A stretch of DNA of 64,000 nt, taken from positions 64,001-128,000 of IMG/VR virus record IMGVR_UViG_3300030376_006203; one strand, 5' to 3'. The position numbers and the translations under genes were made by a program. The notes under the pieces are model-generated. The model made no database searches, was not told the DNA's origin, and saw only the letters and a list, made by a program, of their open reading frames with translations. Source of the DNA: a virus. Taxonomy: Duplodnaviria > Caudoviricetes. Below, in pieces: positions 11,277-19,847 of the stretch (within the stretch, counting starts at the first letter, position 1; each line of letters opens with the position of its first letter).

Positions 11277-11450
11277 TTACTCTGATTTCCAGATAGTCCA
11301 ACCACCATACACAATTGCCGCATAAGCAACAATCGAAGCGATTGGTTTAAAAATTAAAAATGAAATTCCTGCCGCAATCAAAAGAGCACCATCTAGTGTT
11401 GTTCTTTCTTTGATTCTAGCATTAACCCATTTTTGTACTTGATTAATCAT
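11277..11450 (-). CDS. small membrane protein (57 aa, below ORF-track cutoff)
   Basis: MINQVQKWVNARIKERTTLDGALLIAAGISFLIFKPIASIVAYAAIVYGGWTIWKSE; AGGAGA RBS; fills the gap. Confidence 0.7.
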   Translation of the reverse strand: MINQVQKWVNARIKERTTLDGALLIAAGISFLIFKPIASIVAYAAIVYGGWTIWKSE

Positions 11451-11463
11451 ATCGTCTCCTTTT

Positions 11464-12018
11464 TTAAGATTGTAGTCTTAAATTAATTGACTCCCAATTA
11501 ATTATCCTCATCATGCCCTCTATGTATTTTTTCTTGGCATCCTTGGCAGGAACATAATCCGAAAATGAATGTTCCCACATATCCACAGGCATTAAGATGT
11601 CTGTTTTGTATGATTGATTTGGTGTAGTTTTGATATTACCGTTTTTGGCAACATACACCCAACCAGAACCTTGTATGGTCATGGCTGATCTAATTAATTC
11701 TTTTTTGAAAGCATCAAATGTTTTGTGCTTGGATTCTATTAATGTTTTGATTTCGCCAGTTGGTTTATTTCCTGGACGAGGTGCTTGTAACTGTAACCAA
11801 AACATATTGTGAAGTTTTGCTCCACCGTAATTAAAATCTGCGTCACCTTCACCATCGTTGTATCTTCTGACATATGCTTTAGTCAATACATTGTAATGAT
11901 AATCTATGTTTGCTTCAGATAGCACCGGTGAAAGGTCTTTCATTTTGAAAGGTAGTTTAACCACTTCTAATTTTGATTCTCTATTTTTTTTGGATTCAGT
12001 TATGTGTTCTAGTTTCAT
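11464..12018 (-). CDS. sod: Fe/Mn superoxide dismutase (Mn-type signatures)
   Basis: LPF...LSP, YHY, NYGG..LHNMFW, QGSGW and DMWEH metal-ligand motifs. Confidence 0.88.
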   Translation of the reverse strand: MKLEHITESKKNRESKLEVVKLPFKMKDLSPVLSEANIDYHYNVLTKAYVRRYNDGEGDADFNYGGAKLHNMFWLQLQAPRPGNKPTGEIKTLIESKHKTFDAFKKELIRSAMTIQGSGWVYVAKNGNIKTTPNQSYKTDILMPVDMWEHSFSDYVPAKDAKKKYIEGMMRIINWESINLRLQS

Positions 12019-12032
12019 AACGATATTTATCG

Positions 12033-13079
12033 TTATACAATGCCTAGTTCCACAGCCTGATTGTGTAGTTGTTCTGCCGCTTGATTCTTCATCTTGGCTT
12101 CAACTTGTATATCTAGTTCTGGCAAGAAAGTCAGTGCCCATTCATTTACTTTTTTGTTGGGCAACATTTCTGAGTGTGCCCGTAATTTTTGTTTCTTACA
12201 ACCTTTGCTTAATAGTGTCTCCATGTCATGAAAATCATTGTGCATATCCTCGGCATTTGGATAAGCAGGAGTCAACCATTCATCTCTTGAATAAGAATAG
12301 TGCATGGTAGGTCTTACACCACGCCATGAATCTATTACTCTTTTAACTCTGTCGTCATTGGCTTGTAGATATTCTCCTGTACGCACCCAATGATGATGTA
12401 TGTCCAATACCAACGCACAATGTTTTTCTAATTCTAAAGAGGATTCCAATCCCCAACCCATCTCATCATTCTCAATAGTGATCAAGTTTCTTGCTTCTGG
12501 TGAAAGTCTTGGTAATGCTTTTATGATACCTGCAGGTCCTTGTCTACCTGAGATGTGTACATTTATCTTACAACCATCTTGGAAAGTTTTGCCAAACCCC
12601 ATCCAACGTGCCATGTTCACATGATATTCAAATTCGTCTATACTTCTGTCAACAATGTCTGGAGTTTCACTTGCCAACACTGTGAATTGTCCAGGGTGGA
12701 AACTTACTTTTACATCATGCTTTCTAGCAAGATCACCTGCCTCTGCGAAATGCTTTTCACAATATTTTATTATTTCAGGTTTGTCCCAATAGTATCTCCA
12801 GTCTTCTTGTGTTGCTACTGGCAATATGGGAGATGAAATTCTACACATACGTCTGCTCTTAGGCAGTGTGGAAACTTTCAAGATTAAATTTTTAATACCG
12901 TCTATGTTGTGTTTGAATACAAAATCTAATTTTGCTTCTGCTTCGTCTTTGTGTTCGTTAAGCCAACGCACAGTTGTTGAACGTGTGTTCATTGGTCTTT
13001 CAATTTCTTCTAATTGTTTCTTTTTAAGAGTTCTATCATGGTGGAACCATTGACAGCAGAATCCAATACGTCTAGTCAT
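12033..13079 (-). CDS. uvsE: UV damage endonuclease
   Basis: RIGFCC, RISS.ILP, SFHPGQF, IENDE, LDIHHH and QVEAKMK motifs. Confidence 0.92.
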   Translation of the reverse strand: MTRRIGFCCQWFHHDRTLKKKQLEEIERPMNTRSTTVRWLNEHKDEAEAKLDFVFKHNIDGIKNLILKVSTLPKSRRMCRISSPILPVATQEDWRYYWDKPEIIKYCEKHFAEAGDLARKHDVKVSFHPGQFTVLASETPDIVDRSIDEFEYHVNMARWMGFGKTFQDGCKINVHISGRQGPAGIIKALPRLSPEARNLITIENDEMGWGLESSLELEKHCALVLDIHHHWVRTGEYLQANDDRVKRVIDSWRGVRPTMHYSYSRDEWLTPAYPNAEDMHNDFHDMETLLSKGCKKQKLRAHSEMLPNKKVNEWALTFLPELDIQVEAKMKNQAAEQLHNQAVELGIV

Positions 13080-13084
13080 GTCTT

Positions 13085-13113
13085 ATTATAGCAAATATTT
13101 TGGTATGTGTCAA
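13085..13113 (-). promoter_or_regulatory. sigma70-type early promoter of uvsE
   Basis: TTGACA-17 nt-TATAAT; the ATG follows 5 nt after the -10. Confidence 0.8.
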
Positions 13114-13114
13114 A

Positions 13115-13690
13115 CTAAACATACATGGTATTGAATGAAATTGTTATTCTTTTATCTGTTTGATTTTGATTAGTATAGTGTTCTAACCAACTAGGGAACA
13201 AATATAACGCACCTTGTTCACAAGGAACTTCTACATTTTTAACATTATACTCTGTGTTTTGTACAAAAAATTCGTGCATTCTATACGGGTCAATAGGACT
13301 TCTAAAATTTAATCCAGCACTGTCTTTATCTGACTTAACGTAATATGCCGCACTTAAAATACTTACTTCGTGTCTGTGTAAATTTACACTTTGTCCTTTT
13401 TGTAGAACATTGAACCAACTCATACTGATTTTTACATTGTTGCCAAGTCCTACTTTTTCACAATACACATCAACTGCTTTTTGAAAATCTGCTTTTAAGT
13501 CTTTTAAGTCTTCGTGGTCTAGAATGTGTTTATCACTTTTCATATAACTGCTTTGAGCACCAGACACTAATTGATGTGGTGCTGTTTCCCAAGATTCAAT
13601 TAGTTCTAAAAGTTTATCATTGTCCTTGTGTTTTGAAAAATCAAATTTAAGAACAGGAGTTGGAAACATATTTGCTATGTTGTAATTCAT
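13115..13690 (-). CDS. 2OG-Fe(II) oxygenase (TIGR02466-like)
   Basis: FPTPV, SWFN, HRH..SILSAAYY, LFPSWLEH and RITISFN motifs. Confidence 0.85.
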   Translation of the reverse strand: MNYNIANMFPTPVLKFDFSKHKDNDKLLELIESWETAPHQLVSGAQSSYMKSDKHILDHEDLKDLKADFQKAVDVYCEKVGLGNNVKISMSWFNVLQKGQSVNLHRHEVSILSAAYYVKSDKDSAGLNFRSPIDPYRMHEFFVQNTEYNVKNVEVPCEQGALYLFPSWLEHYTNQNQTDKRITISFNTMYV

Positions 13691-14400
13691 TTCCAGTTCT
13701 CCTTACACCAAGGGTCTTGGCAAGTTTTAGGTTGTGGGTCTCCGTGAAATACAGCAATTGATGTTTGAGGGTGTATCTTTGGTACACCAGGAGATATAAA
13801 ATCTTTAACACCATCTTTGTTTCGTACCATAGGTGGTTTGCCTCTCATTTCCCATTTGTAACTCATTACCCATTCATCGGGCCAAAAATTAAAATCATTT
13901 TTCACTTGAGCATACAACCAATCTTGGTCTCCATGGAATCTACGCACAGGTGCCGCAGGATTTTTTATGAAGTCTCTGTAAATTTGTGGGTGTTGTCCTA
14001 TGTTCCATCTCACCACACTGCTGTTGAATCTATTCCATTTAGGATTATTACATCTATTAAAGTCTCTTATCACACAAAACTCATTTGGTTTGTATGTAAA
14101 AAGTCTGTCAATACTTCTAAAAACAATCACATCAAGATCCATATATAAAATTGTACCTTGCGGATCTTCCAAAGGTAAACTGGGATTGAATAATAAAGGT
14201 TTATGCCACCAACCATTGACACCATAACTTTGAGGTATTGGCATCACTCTCACTGTGCTGTTTAATCCTTTAGGGTCTTCTGTAAAACAAACAAATTCAA
14301 ATGGAAGTGTGCAGTATCTACGCACCATCTGTTCCAGTGTATTCACATACTCTGGACCATACTTGTTACCCCATTTTAAACAAACAATGTAATTGATCAT
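13687..14400 (-). CDS. GT-A fold glycosyltransferase
   Basis: CLKWGNKYGPEYVN, WWHKP, DLD (DxD), NSSV, GDQDW and FHG.P.P motifs. Confidence 0.8.
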   Translation of the reverse strand: MINYIVCLKWGNKYGPEYVNTLEQMVRRYCTLPFEFVCFTEDPKGLNSTVRVMPIPQSYGVNGWWHKPLLFNPSLPLEDPQGTILYMDLDVIVFRSIDRLFTYKPNEFCVIRDFNRCNNPKWNRFNSSVVRWNIGQHPQIYRDFIKNPAAPVRRFHGDQDWLYAQVKNDFNFWPDEWVMSYKWEMRGKPPMVRNKDGVKDFISPGVPKIHPQTSIAVFHGDPQPKTCQDPWCKENWK

Positions 14401-14849
14401 TATCCTTCATAGATTGCTGAATTGGCTCCATGCTCAGCACATTCAACTTTCACTACATAACAACGATTGTCTGTTGCTTCACGTATAAGTTTGTCTGCAA
14501 AGTTAAAGGCGTGTTCCGCAAATTTTTCTGCTCCAACTCCATCAAACATTCTGATGTCTGCCAAGTCAAGTGCTTCAAGTTCTTTAAATTTTTCTAAATG
14601 TGGATCATTAACATCTAAACAAAGTTTGTGATCAAATGAATCTGTCAGCCATGCCTTAAGAGGTTTCAATCCTCCAAAGTCCACTGCCCAGTTTTTGTTG
14701 TCTAATTTATCACAACCAAATGTAAATGTAAATGCTAGACTGTATCCATGTAAAAAATGACAATGCGAATGATCTGCGTTAGGTTGTCTGAACACTGCTG
14801 ATAAGCCAATGTTGTGTCCATAATGTTTTGTACTATAATGTTTGCTCAT
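14400..14849 (-). CDS. queD: 6-carboxy-5,6,7,8-tetrahydropterin synthase (QueD/PTPS)
   Basis: HCHFLHGY, VDFGGLK, FDHK and EHGANSA motifs. Confidence 0.88.
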   Translation of the reverse strand: MSKHYSTKHYGHNIGLSAVFRQPNADHSHCHFLHGYSLAFTFTFGCDKLDNKNWAVDFGGLKPLKAWLTDSFDHKLCLDVNDPHLEKFKELEALDLADIRMFDGVGAEKFAEHAFNFADKLIREATDNRCYVVKVECAEHGANSAIYEG

Positions 14850-14912
14850 ATTTTTCTCCTGTTGTAACGGCGGAGTATTTAAAGAGGGTCGACGTTGTTA
14901 AAGTCCTCATTG
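14850..14912 (-). promoter_or_regulatory. structured 5' leader of queD (candidate pseudoknot riboswitch)
   Basis: GAGG/CCTC stem; loop AACGTCG complementary to downstream CGCCGTT; directly followed by AGGAG RBS. Confidence 0.45.
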
Positions 14913-14913
14913 T

Positions 14914-15507
14914 TTAAATTATAATGTTTTTTTCCAAGTCTGTCAATGGAATAATTTTTAAATTTGGTATTTTCTTCCATTCTTCTGGTATAGGAAAGTT
15001 TTCTTCAACATAATAATTAAATGTGTGTTTGTCATAATGTTCAAATATTTTTTGATTTTGATATATCCAATAACTAGGATCAACTTGCCTTTTTGAACTG
15101 ACATCGTAAGATTTGGTATTTTTGTACACATTGTTCACATATCCTTCTATGCCAAATAAATCAAATCCAACAATATGAATTAATTCTGTAGCAGAATATT
15201 TAACAGCCACCAATAAAGCAAATTGCCCAGTTCCCCAATGCCAAGGATCATCTTGTCTTAATTTCCCTACATAAGGCACATCAGGCACAGGAAACACACC
15301 AAAGTCTTCATTCCAATCATGTCTTGTGTACACACAACTCTGTTGAGTGTTTGAATGATTTATTGCTTCACGCACCATTCTTTTGTCGCAACACACTAAA
15401 TGGTCAACTTTTCTATCTCTAAAAATGGCGTTACAGCCGACAGTTGGCAGTTTGTATGAATCTATATCTAAATCTATTCGACTCTCACCATTTCCAATTA
15501 CTAACAT
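14914..15507 (-). CDS. conserved phage protein, MptE/MAF_flag10-like Rossmann fold
   Basis: VIGNGESR, GCNAIFRD, DHLVCCD, WGTG and IVGFD motifs. Confidence 0.55.
   Translation of the reverse strand: MLVIGNGESRIDLDIDSYKLPTVGCNAIFRDRKVDHLVCCDKRMVREAINHSNTQQSCVYTRHDWNEDFGVFPVPDVPYVGKLRQDDPWHWGTGQFALLVAVKYSATELIHIVGFDLFGIEGYVNNVYKNTKSYDVSSKRQVDPSYWIYQNQKIFEHYDKHTFNYYVEENFPIPEEWKKIPNLKIIPLTDLEKNIII
14918..14946 (-). promoter_or_regulatory. sigma70-type promoter for queD, inside the 3' end of the upstream gene
   Basis: TTGACA-17 nt-TATAAT exact consensus. Confidence 0.75.
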
Positions 15508-15523
15508 ATTAAATACCTTTATA

Positions 15524-15961
15524 ATGAACAGTTCTATTTACACAGATGTGGTCGAGTGGATGGCTAAAATTGTAAAACCACAAAAAGCATTAGGCAACAT
15601 ATCTATTTGTCCATATGCTAAAAAGGCGTCATGGGCCATCGTTGAATGTGAAAATATGAAGATAGATGTAGAACAATGTCACCAAGAGGTCACTATTTTC
15701 GTGTTACCAAAATCTATGAGCAAAGCCAAACTTGAATCTTATGCTTTAGATTTAAAAAAGAAATATCCTACATTTGTATTCTTACCTGATCATAAACAGG
15801 CAAATACTAAACTTAAAAATGTATCTACAGGCAATGGCAAACACAATTTATTATTAGTTCAACGTAGAAAAAAATTAGATGGTGCTAGAAAGAATCTTGC
15901 TAAAGGCAAATACTATGATAATATGTCTGAAGATTACAAAAAGAAATTGTTCAGTTATTAA
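15524..15961 (+). CDS. hypothetical protein (DUF1415-like CPYA motif)
   Basis: ICPYAKKA; ATG at 15524 is 8 nt after TAAATA. Confidence 0.55.
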   Translation: MNSSIYTDVVEWMAKIVKPQKALGNISICPYAKKASWAIVECENMKIDVEQCHQEVTIFVLPKSMSKAKLESYALDLKKKYPTFVFLPDHKQANTKLKNVSTGNGKHNLLLVQRRKKLDGARKNLAKGKYYDNMSEDYKKKLFSY

Positions 15962-16272
15962 CGTTTCTTCTTTTTAAGATATTCTTTTTTAATAGATTTT
16001 AATTCAACAAGCACTTCAGCAAATCTTTTATTAGCACTATTCAACAGTCTAAATATATCTCTTACCGCATAGATTACCCACCACCACCATGTAAAGGCAG
16101 TAATGGCAAAGAGTAATGCTATTGCTGATACAAGATAAGATACCCAAGAAGTGAAATCAAATGCTAGTGTGATACACAAAATCATCAGAGCGGTTAATGG
16201 TCCAACTCTTCCGAGCCATGCCCAAATGCCTACTGAATTTTTTATTGAGAAATATTTCCGAAACTTTTCCAT
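15958..16272 (-). CDS. two-TM membrane protein
   Basis: Two hydrophobic helices and a basic C-terminus; likely start MEKF at 16272. Confidence 0.6.
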   Translation of the reverse strand: MEKFRKYFSIKNSVGIWAWLGRVGPLTALMILCITLAFDFTSWVSYLVSAIALLFAITAFTWWWWVIYAVRDIFRLLNSANKRFAEVLVELKSIKKEYLKKKKR

Positions 16273-17123
16273 TCGCCTGGTGTACCTGTTAAAATACAGA
16301 TCCAACCGACCACACTGCCTGCTACTGGATTAGAATTCCAAACAATATCACCTTTGGCATGAGCACCTACTGTAGGTACATCATCTGCTACACTGAAACG
16401 TTTGCCTTCTAATCTTACAGGTCCTGCTACTTCAAAACTAGCATCATCTCTGATGTTGTTAACACCAACAGCAAGTTTGCCGTGAATTTTAACTTTTTTG
16501 TCTGTGCCACCTTGTGTCCCGATTGTAACGTCTCCGTTAGCACCTACCACAATTCTGTCTGTGCTATCTGTTTGTATTCTTAAGTCATGTGTTGTGTAAG
16601 TTCCAATTTCAGCATCAACTTCATTTGGTTGAACTCTATATTCAACGTAATTAGATGCTACTGAAAATTGACCGTTACCTGCTTCAATACCAACACCTAA
16701 TCTACTCATTCCTGAATTCCAGAAAATAAATTGATCAACATTCATATCACCGTTGACTGCTAAACCATTAAGCACACCAACTGATCTTAAATTTGAATTT
16801 CTTACTGTTGGTCCTAATTCTTCTGATGAAAGAACCAATGTGTTGTCTATTGAATAATGAGCATCTCTGTGTAAGTCTAAAGTGTTTGAACTCCACAATC
16901 TATCTGGATTTGCTTGGAAGTTCAACATTTTTGTATTGCCGAATCCACTCCATTGTAAGCCTTTTCCGTAGATAGGTGTTTTATCTGAACCAGCGAAGTT
17001 GATTGTTTTGCTTGAATTAACTACACTTTCGTCAGCAGATGCGTGAACACTTAGGTTTTCTATTGCGTCACCCAGTGTTACTAAACCGTTTTTAATTGAA
17101 ATTATATCGTCTCTTATGCTCAT
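16242..17123 (-). CDS. putative virion structural/fibre-like protein
   Basis: SNLRSVGVLNGLAVNG fibre repeat and C-terminal GDIVWNSNP..G..VGWIC...GTPGEWKSFG motif. Confidence 0.6.
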   Translation of the reverse strand: MSIRDDIISIKNGLVTLGDAIENLSVHASADESVVNSSKTINFAGSDKTPIYGKGLQWSGFGNTKMLNFQANPDRLWSSNTLDLHRDAHYSIDNTLVLSSEELGPTVRNSNLRSVGVLNGLAVNGDMNVDQFIFWNSGMSRLGVGIEAGNGQFSVASNYVEYRVQPNEVDAEIGTYTTHDLRIQTDSTDRIVVGANGDVTIGTQGGTDKKVKIHGKLAVGVNNIRDDASFEVAGPVRLEGKRFSVADDVPTVGAHAKGDIVWNSNPVAGSVVGWICILTGTPGEWKSFGNISQ

Positions 17124-17133
17124 ACACAGTTAT

Positions 17134-17976
17134 TTATCTAACTGCTCTTAACAAAATGACTTCAGAATTAACTCGACCATTCAGTTTGATGCCCATAGTT
17201 TTAATAGCATCAAATACTTCTATCACTTTTTTAGGCCCTGAATTAGCAAATTCTTTCAACTGCTCTTCGGGTTTTCTGAGTGTTTTTTGTATGCTGTTTT
17301 CTTCATCAAATCCTTTGATCGAAGTGCCTTTCACCATCAATCCTGTGCCTGGTCTATTCATGCCACGTGGGTCAAGCACTTTTGCTATGTAATGCCCTAA
17401 CTTCCTGGTCTTGGTATTGTAAACCCAAACCTGTTCAGCATATATTATTTCAGCAGGATCTATACTTTCAAGATTTGCTTTTTCATCATTCTTTTTAAAC
17501 TGCATTTTTGCCACCAACTGCTCCGGAGATTTTTCTTTCTTTTTGCGTGGTTTACGATTAGCATTAGCAATAGCAATCATTCGATCACAGGCTTCAAATA
17601 TATTGTCAAATGCTTTGATACCTTTTTGAATTGTTTCATTATCAACATCTTCATATGACTCCAACAGTTGACGTTCTTCAGAATCGTTGTCTTCTTCATC
17701 TGTTATTTCTTTAAATTTTAAATTCTTTGAACGTAGTATTAAAAGGTCTTTGTATTCTTTGTATTGTGGTTCATACATTTCCATTATTTTTCTAGCATGA
17801 ACTCCACCTACCTGTTGCTTTTTAAACACATCTACTAATTTAAACTTGTCAGGATTAAATTTTTCAGGAGACGTCACGTATCTATCCAACCAAATTTCGA
17901 TTGGTTCTAGGATTTCATGAACCCTTTTTTGAATTCTTTCTTGTATTGTTGGCTTTTTTATTTCTATATTTTCCAT
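17134..17976 (-). CDS. conserved hypothetical protein of T4-like marine phages
   Basis: WVYNTKTRKLG, GL.VKGTSI, QKTLRKPEEQL and NGRVN..ILLR motifs. Confidence 0.65.
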   Translation of the reverse strand: MENIEIKKPTIQERIQKRVHEILEPIEIWLDRYVTSPEKFNPDKFKLVDVFKKQQVGGVHARKIMEMYEPQYKEYKDLLILRSKNLKFKEITDEEDNDSEERQLLESYEDVDNETIQKGIKAFDNIFEACDRMIAIANANRKPRKKKEKSPEQLVAKMQFKKNDEKANLESIDPAEIIYAEQVWVYNTKTRKLGHYIAKVLDPRGMNRPGTGLMVKGTSIKGFDEENSIQKTLRKPEEQLKEFANSGPKKVIEVFDAIKTMGIKLNGRVNSEVILLRAVR

Positions 17977-18013
17977 GGTACTATAACTGCTATATAGTCT
18001 CTTGATGGAAAAA

Positions 18014-18244
18014 TCAAGTCTTATTCTTTCTTTTCTTTTCTAAAAGTATCTGTTTTGGTGTTTTTGATCCTGGTGAAAGTTTCATTATTCTTAAGCCAAA
18101 CAGTTTCTTTTTGCCTTTTGAAGTTCGTATTACTGGCTGTCCATGTTCGTCAGTTTCAATGTCCAACACTGTGGCTTGAACGTTTCTAAACCTACCTACT
18201 TCTACTTTATCACCCACTTTGATGTCTATTGTGAAACTTTTCAT
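18014..18244 (-). CDS. hypothetical protein (KOW/SH3-like)
   Basis: IKVGDKVEVGRFRN...DEHGQP; coding strand and spacing fit. Confidence 0.55.
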   Translation of the reverse strand: MKSFTIDIKVGDKVEVGRFRNVQATVLDIETDEHGQPVIRTSKGKKKLFGLRIMKLSPGSKTPKQILLEKKRKNKT

Positions 18245-18315
18245 AGTCTTGGACCTCTCCATCCTGTTAATAATACAAGAAGTGTGAACACTGTGGCAAA
18301 TACAATTAATTCCAT

Positions 18316-18900
18316 TTATCTTATAAAAGTATTAAAACTAATACTAATCCTTTCTTGATCTTTTAATTGTTGTTCTACTGAATGCTCTACAAAACTTGGA
18401 AACAGATACAGTGTTCCCATTTTTGGAACAAAACTTTTTGTGCGACTTGTAAAGGTAGGATTGATTGATCCTCTCCAGGGCCAATTACTCACTTTGTTTT
18501 GATCGTGAAATGTAATTCTAGCATCATCTTTATTTGCCTTAACATAATATATACCACTAATGACATCTGGTATATGATTGTGATTGCCATGACTGCTGTA
18601 TTTTCTGTTGATATTAAACCAACTGCCAGTCATATTGGCATAACCTTCCATGCCCATATCTTTAATGGCTTCAACAACACTCTCCATCACAAAGTTTTTA
18701 AGTTCAATACACTCATCATAATCTAAAATATTGTTTATAGGCCCATAACTGGTATAGCCTTCTTTAGTGTATTTTATATTATCATTAGGATTGTTCTTTT
18801 CAATTTCTTTAAACATAGGCACAATTTTTTCTTTGAATTCATTTGCTTTATCAAATTCAAATTGCCATACAGGTACAGGAAATATTTCATGTCTAATCAT
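18316..18900 (-). CDS. 2OG-Fe(II) oxygenase (TIGR02466-like)
   Basis: FPVPV, SWFN, HNH..ISGIYY, FPSFVEH and RISISFN motifs. Confidence 0.85.
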   Translation of the reverse strand: MIRHEIFPVPVWQFEFDKANEFKEKIVPMFKEIEKNNPNDNIKYTKEGYTSYGPINNILDYDECIELKNFVMESVVEAIKDMGMEGYANMTGSWFNINRKYSSHGNHNHIPDVISGIYYVKANKDDARITFHDQNKVSNWPWRGSINPTFTSRTKSFVPKMGTLYLFPSFVEHSVEQQLKDQERISISFNTFIR

Positions 18901-19304
18901 TCGTGTTCTCCTCCTGGATCGTCAGGATCAAATTCAACCCTTGTACCATCAATGCCAATCATTCCACCTCTTGCTCTGCCACCTGAATGATAGCCATCAA
19001 ATTTATAATCAATATATCTTTTACTTGCTCCATGGAATTGTTTGAATGTAAAGTATGACGCAAATATTATCGCAACGTGTCCACCAAACCATCCTAACCA
19101 TATATCAACTCTCATCATTCCCCATATGTAAATGGTAAAGGCAGTGGACCAAATAAAACTTAAAGTAAGGAGTAATTGTAATCTCACTGTCTTAGGTAAT
19201 GCTCTTAGGTCATTCTTTGAGTCGTTAAACAGAACAGTGGCAACGTCTATTGCCCAATTACGCAATCTATTACACCAACCACACTGACTAAAACTGTAAT
19301 TCAT
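18897..19304 (-). CDS. hypothetical membrane protein
   Basis: Two TM segments after DLRALPKTVRLQ; C-terminal DPGGEHE. Confidence 0.6.
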   Translation of the reverse strand: MNYSFSQCGWCNRLRNWAIDVATVLFNDSKNDLRALPKTVRLQLLLTLSFIWSTAFTIYIWGMMRVDIWLGWFGGHVAIIFASYFTFKQFHGASKRYIDYKFDGYHSGGRARGGMIGIDGTRVEFDPDDPGGEHE

Positions 19305-19305
19305 G

Positions 19306-19497
19306 TTATCTGAAAAATTTCTTGAACTTGTCAATACTATTTGATAACGGTCCATACACCCTTTCTATAAAATCGATATGTTTGGTTAGACGCTTGTCCA
19401 AATCATCAATCTTATTGTTGAGTTGTTTCATCTCTTTCAAGAAAACTTTTTTATTGTCCGCCATCGCTTTCTTTATAATATCTACTTCTTTAGTCAT
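19306..19497 (-). CDS. small coiled-coil hypothetical protein
   Basis: LDKRLTKHIDFIERVY; tightly packed with neighbours. Confidence 0.55.
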   Translation of the reverse strand: MTKEVDIIKKAMADNKKVFLKEMKQLNNKIDDLDKRLTKHIDFIERVYGPLSNSIDKFKKFFR

Positions 19498-19646
19498 TTT
19501 TAATATTCTTTACTAATTTTAATTGTTCTAATAGTTTAAGTTTTTTTTGCTCTTTAATCAATTGGTTTTGAATTTTAGTCTGTGCTTCTAGTAAACCAGT
19601 CACCTTACCTAATTGAGCCATATGCTCAAATGAATTATATTTCTTT

Positions 19647-19847
19647 TTACTCATCTTTAACCTTTCTGATCATTGTTGCTTTTCTAGGCCACAATTGATT
19701 CTGTATATGTTCCTCATCAAAACCCTGCATTCTTTTTAGTTTGCCATTTACTTTTACACTAAACATATATGGAGGACCATTCCAGGGAGTTAGTTTCATA
19801 TTTTCGTATCCTACTGCTATCACTTTAGATTTTCTCGCCAATTTCAA
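19647..19847 (-). CDS. hypothetical protein
   Basis: Coding strand; overlaps the ligase stop. Confidence 0.45.
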   Translation of the reverse strand: MKLARKSKVIAVGYENMKLTPWNGPPYMFSVKVNGKLKRMQGFDEEHIQNQLWPRKATMIRKVKDE

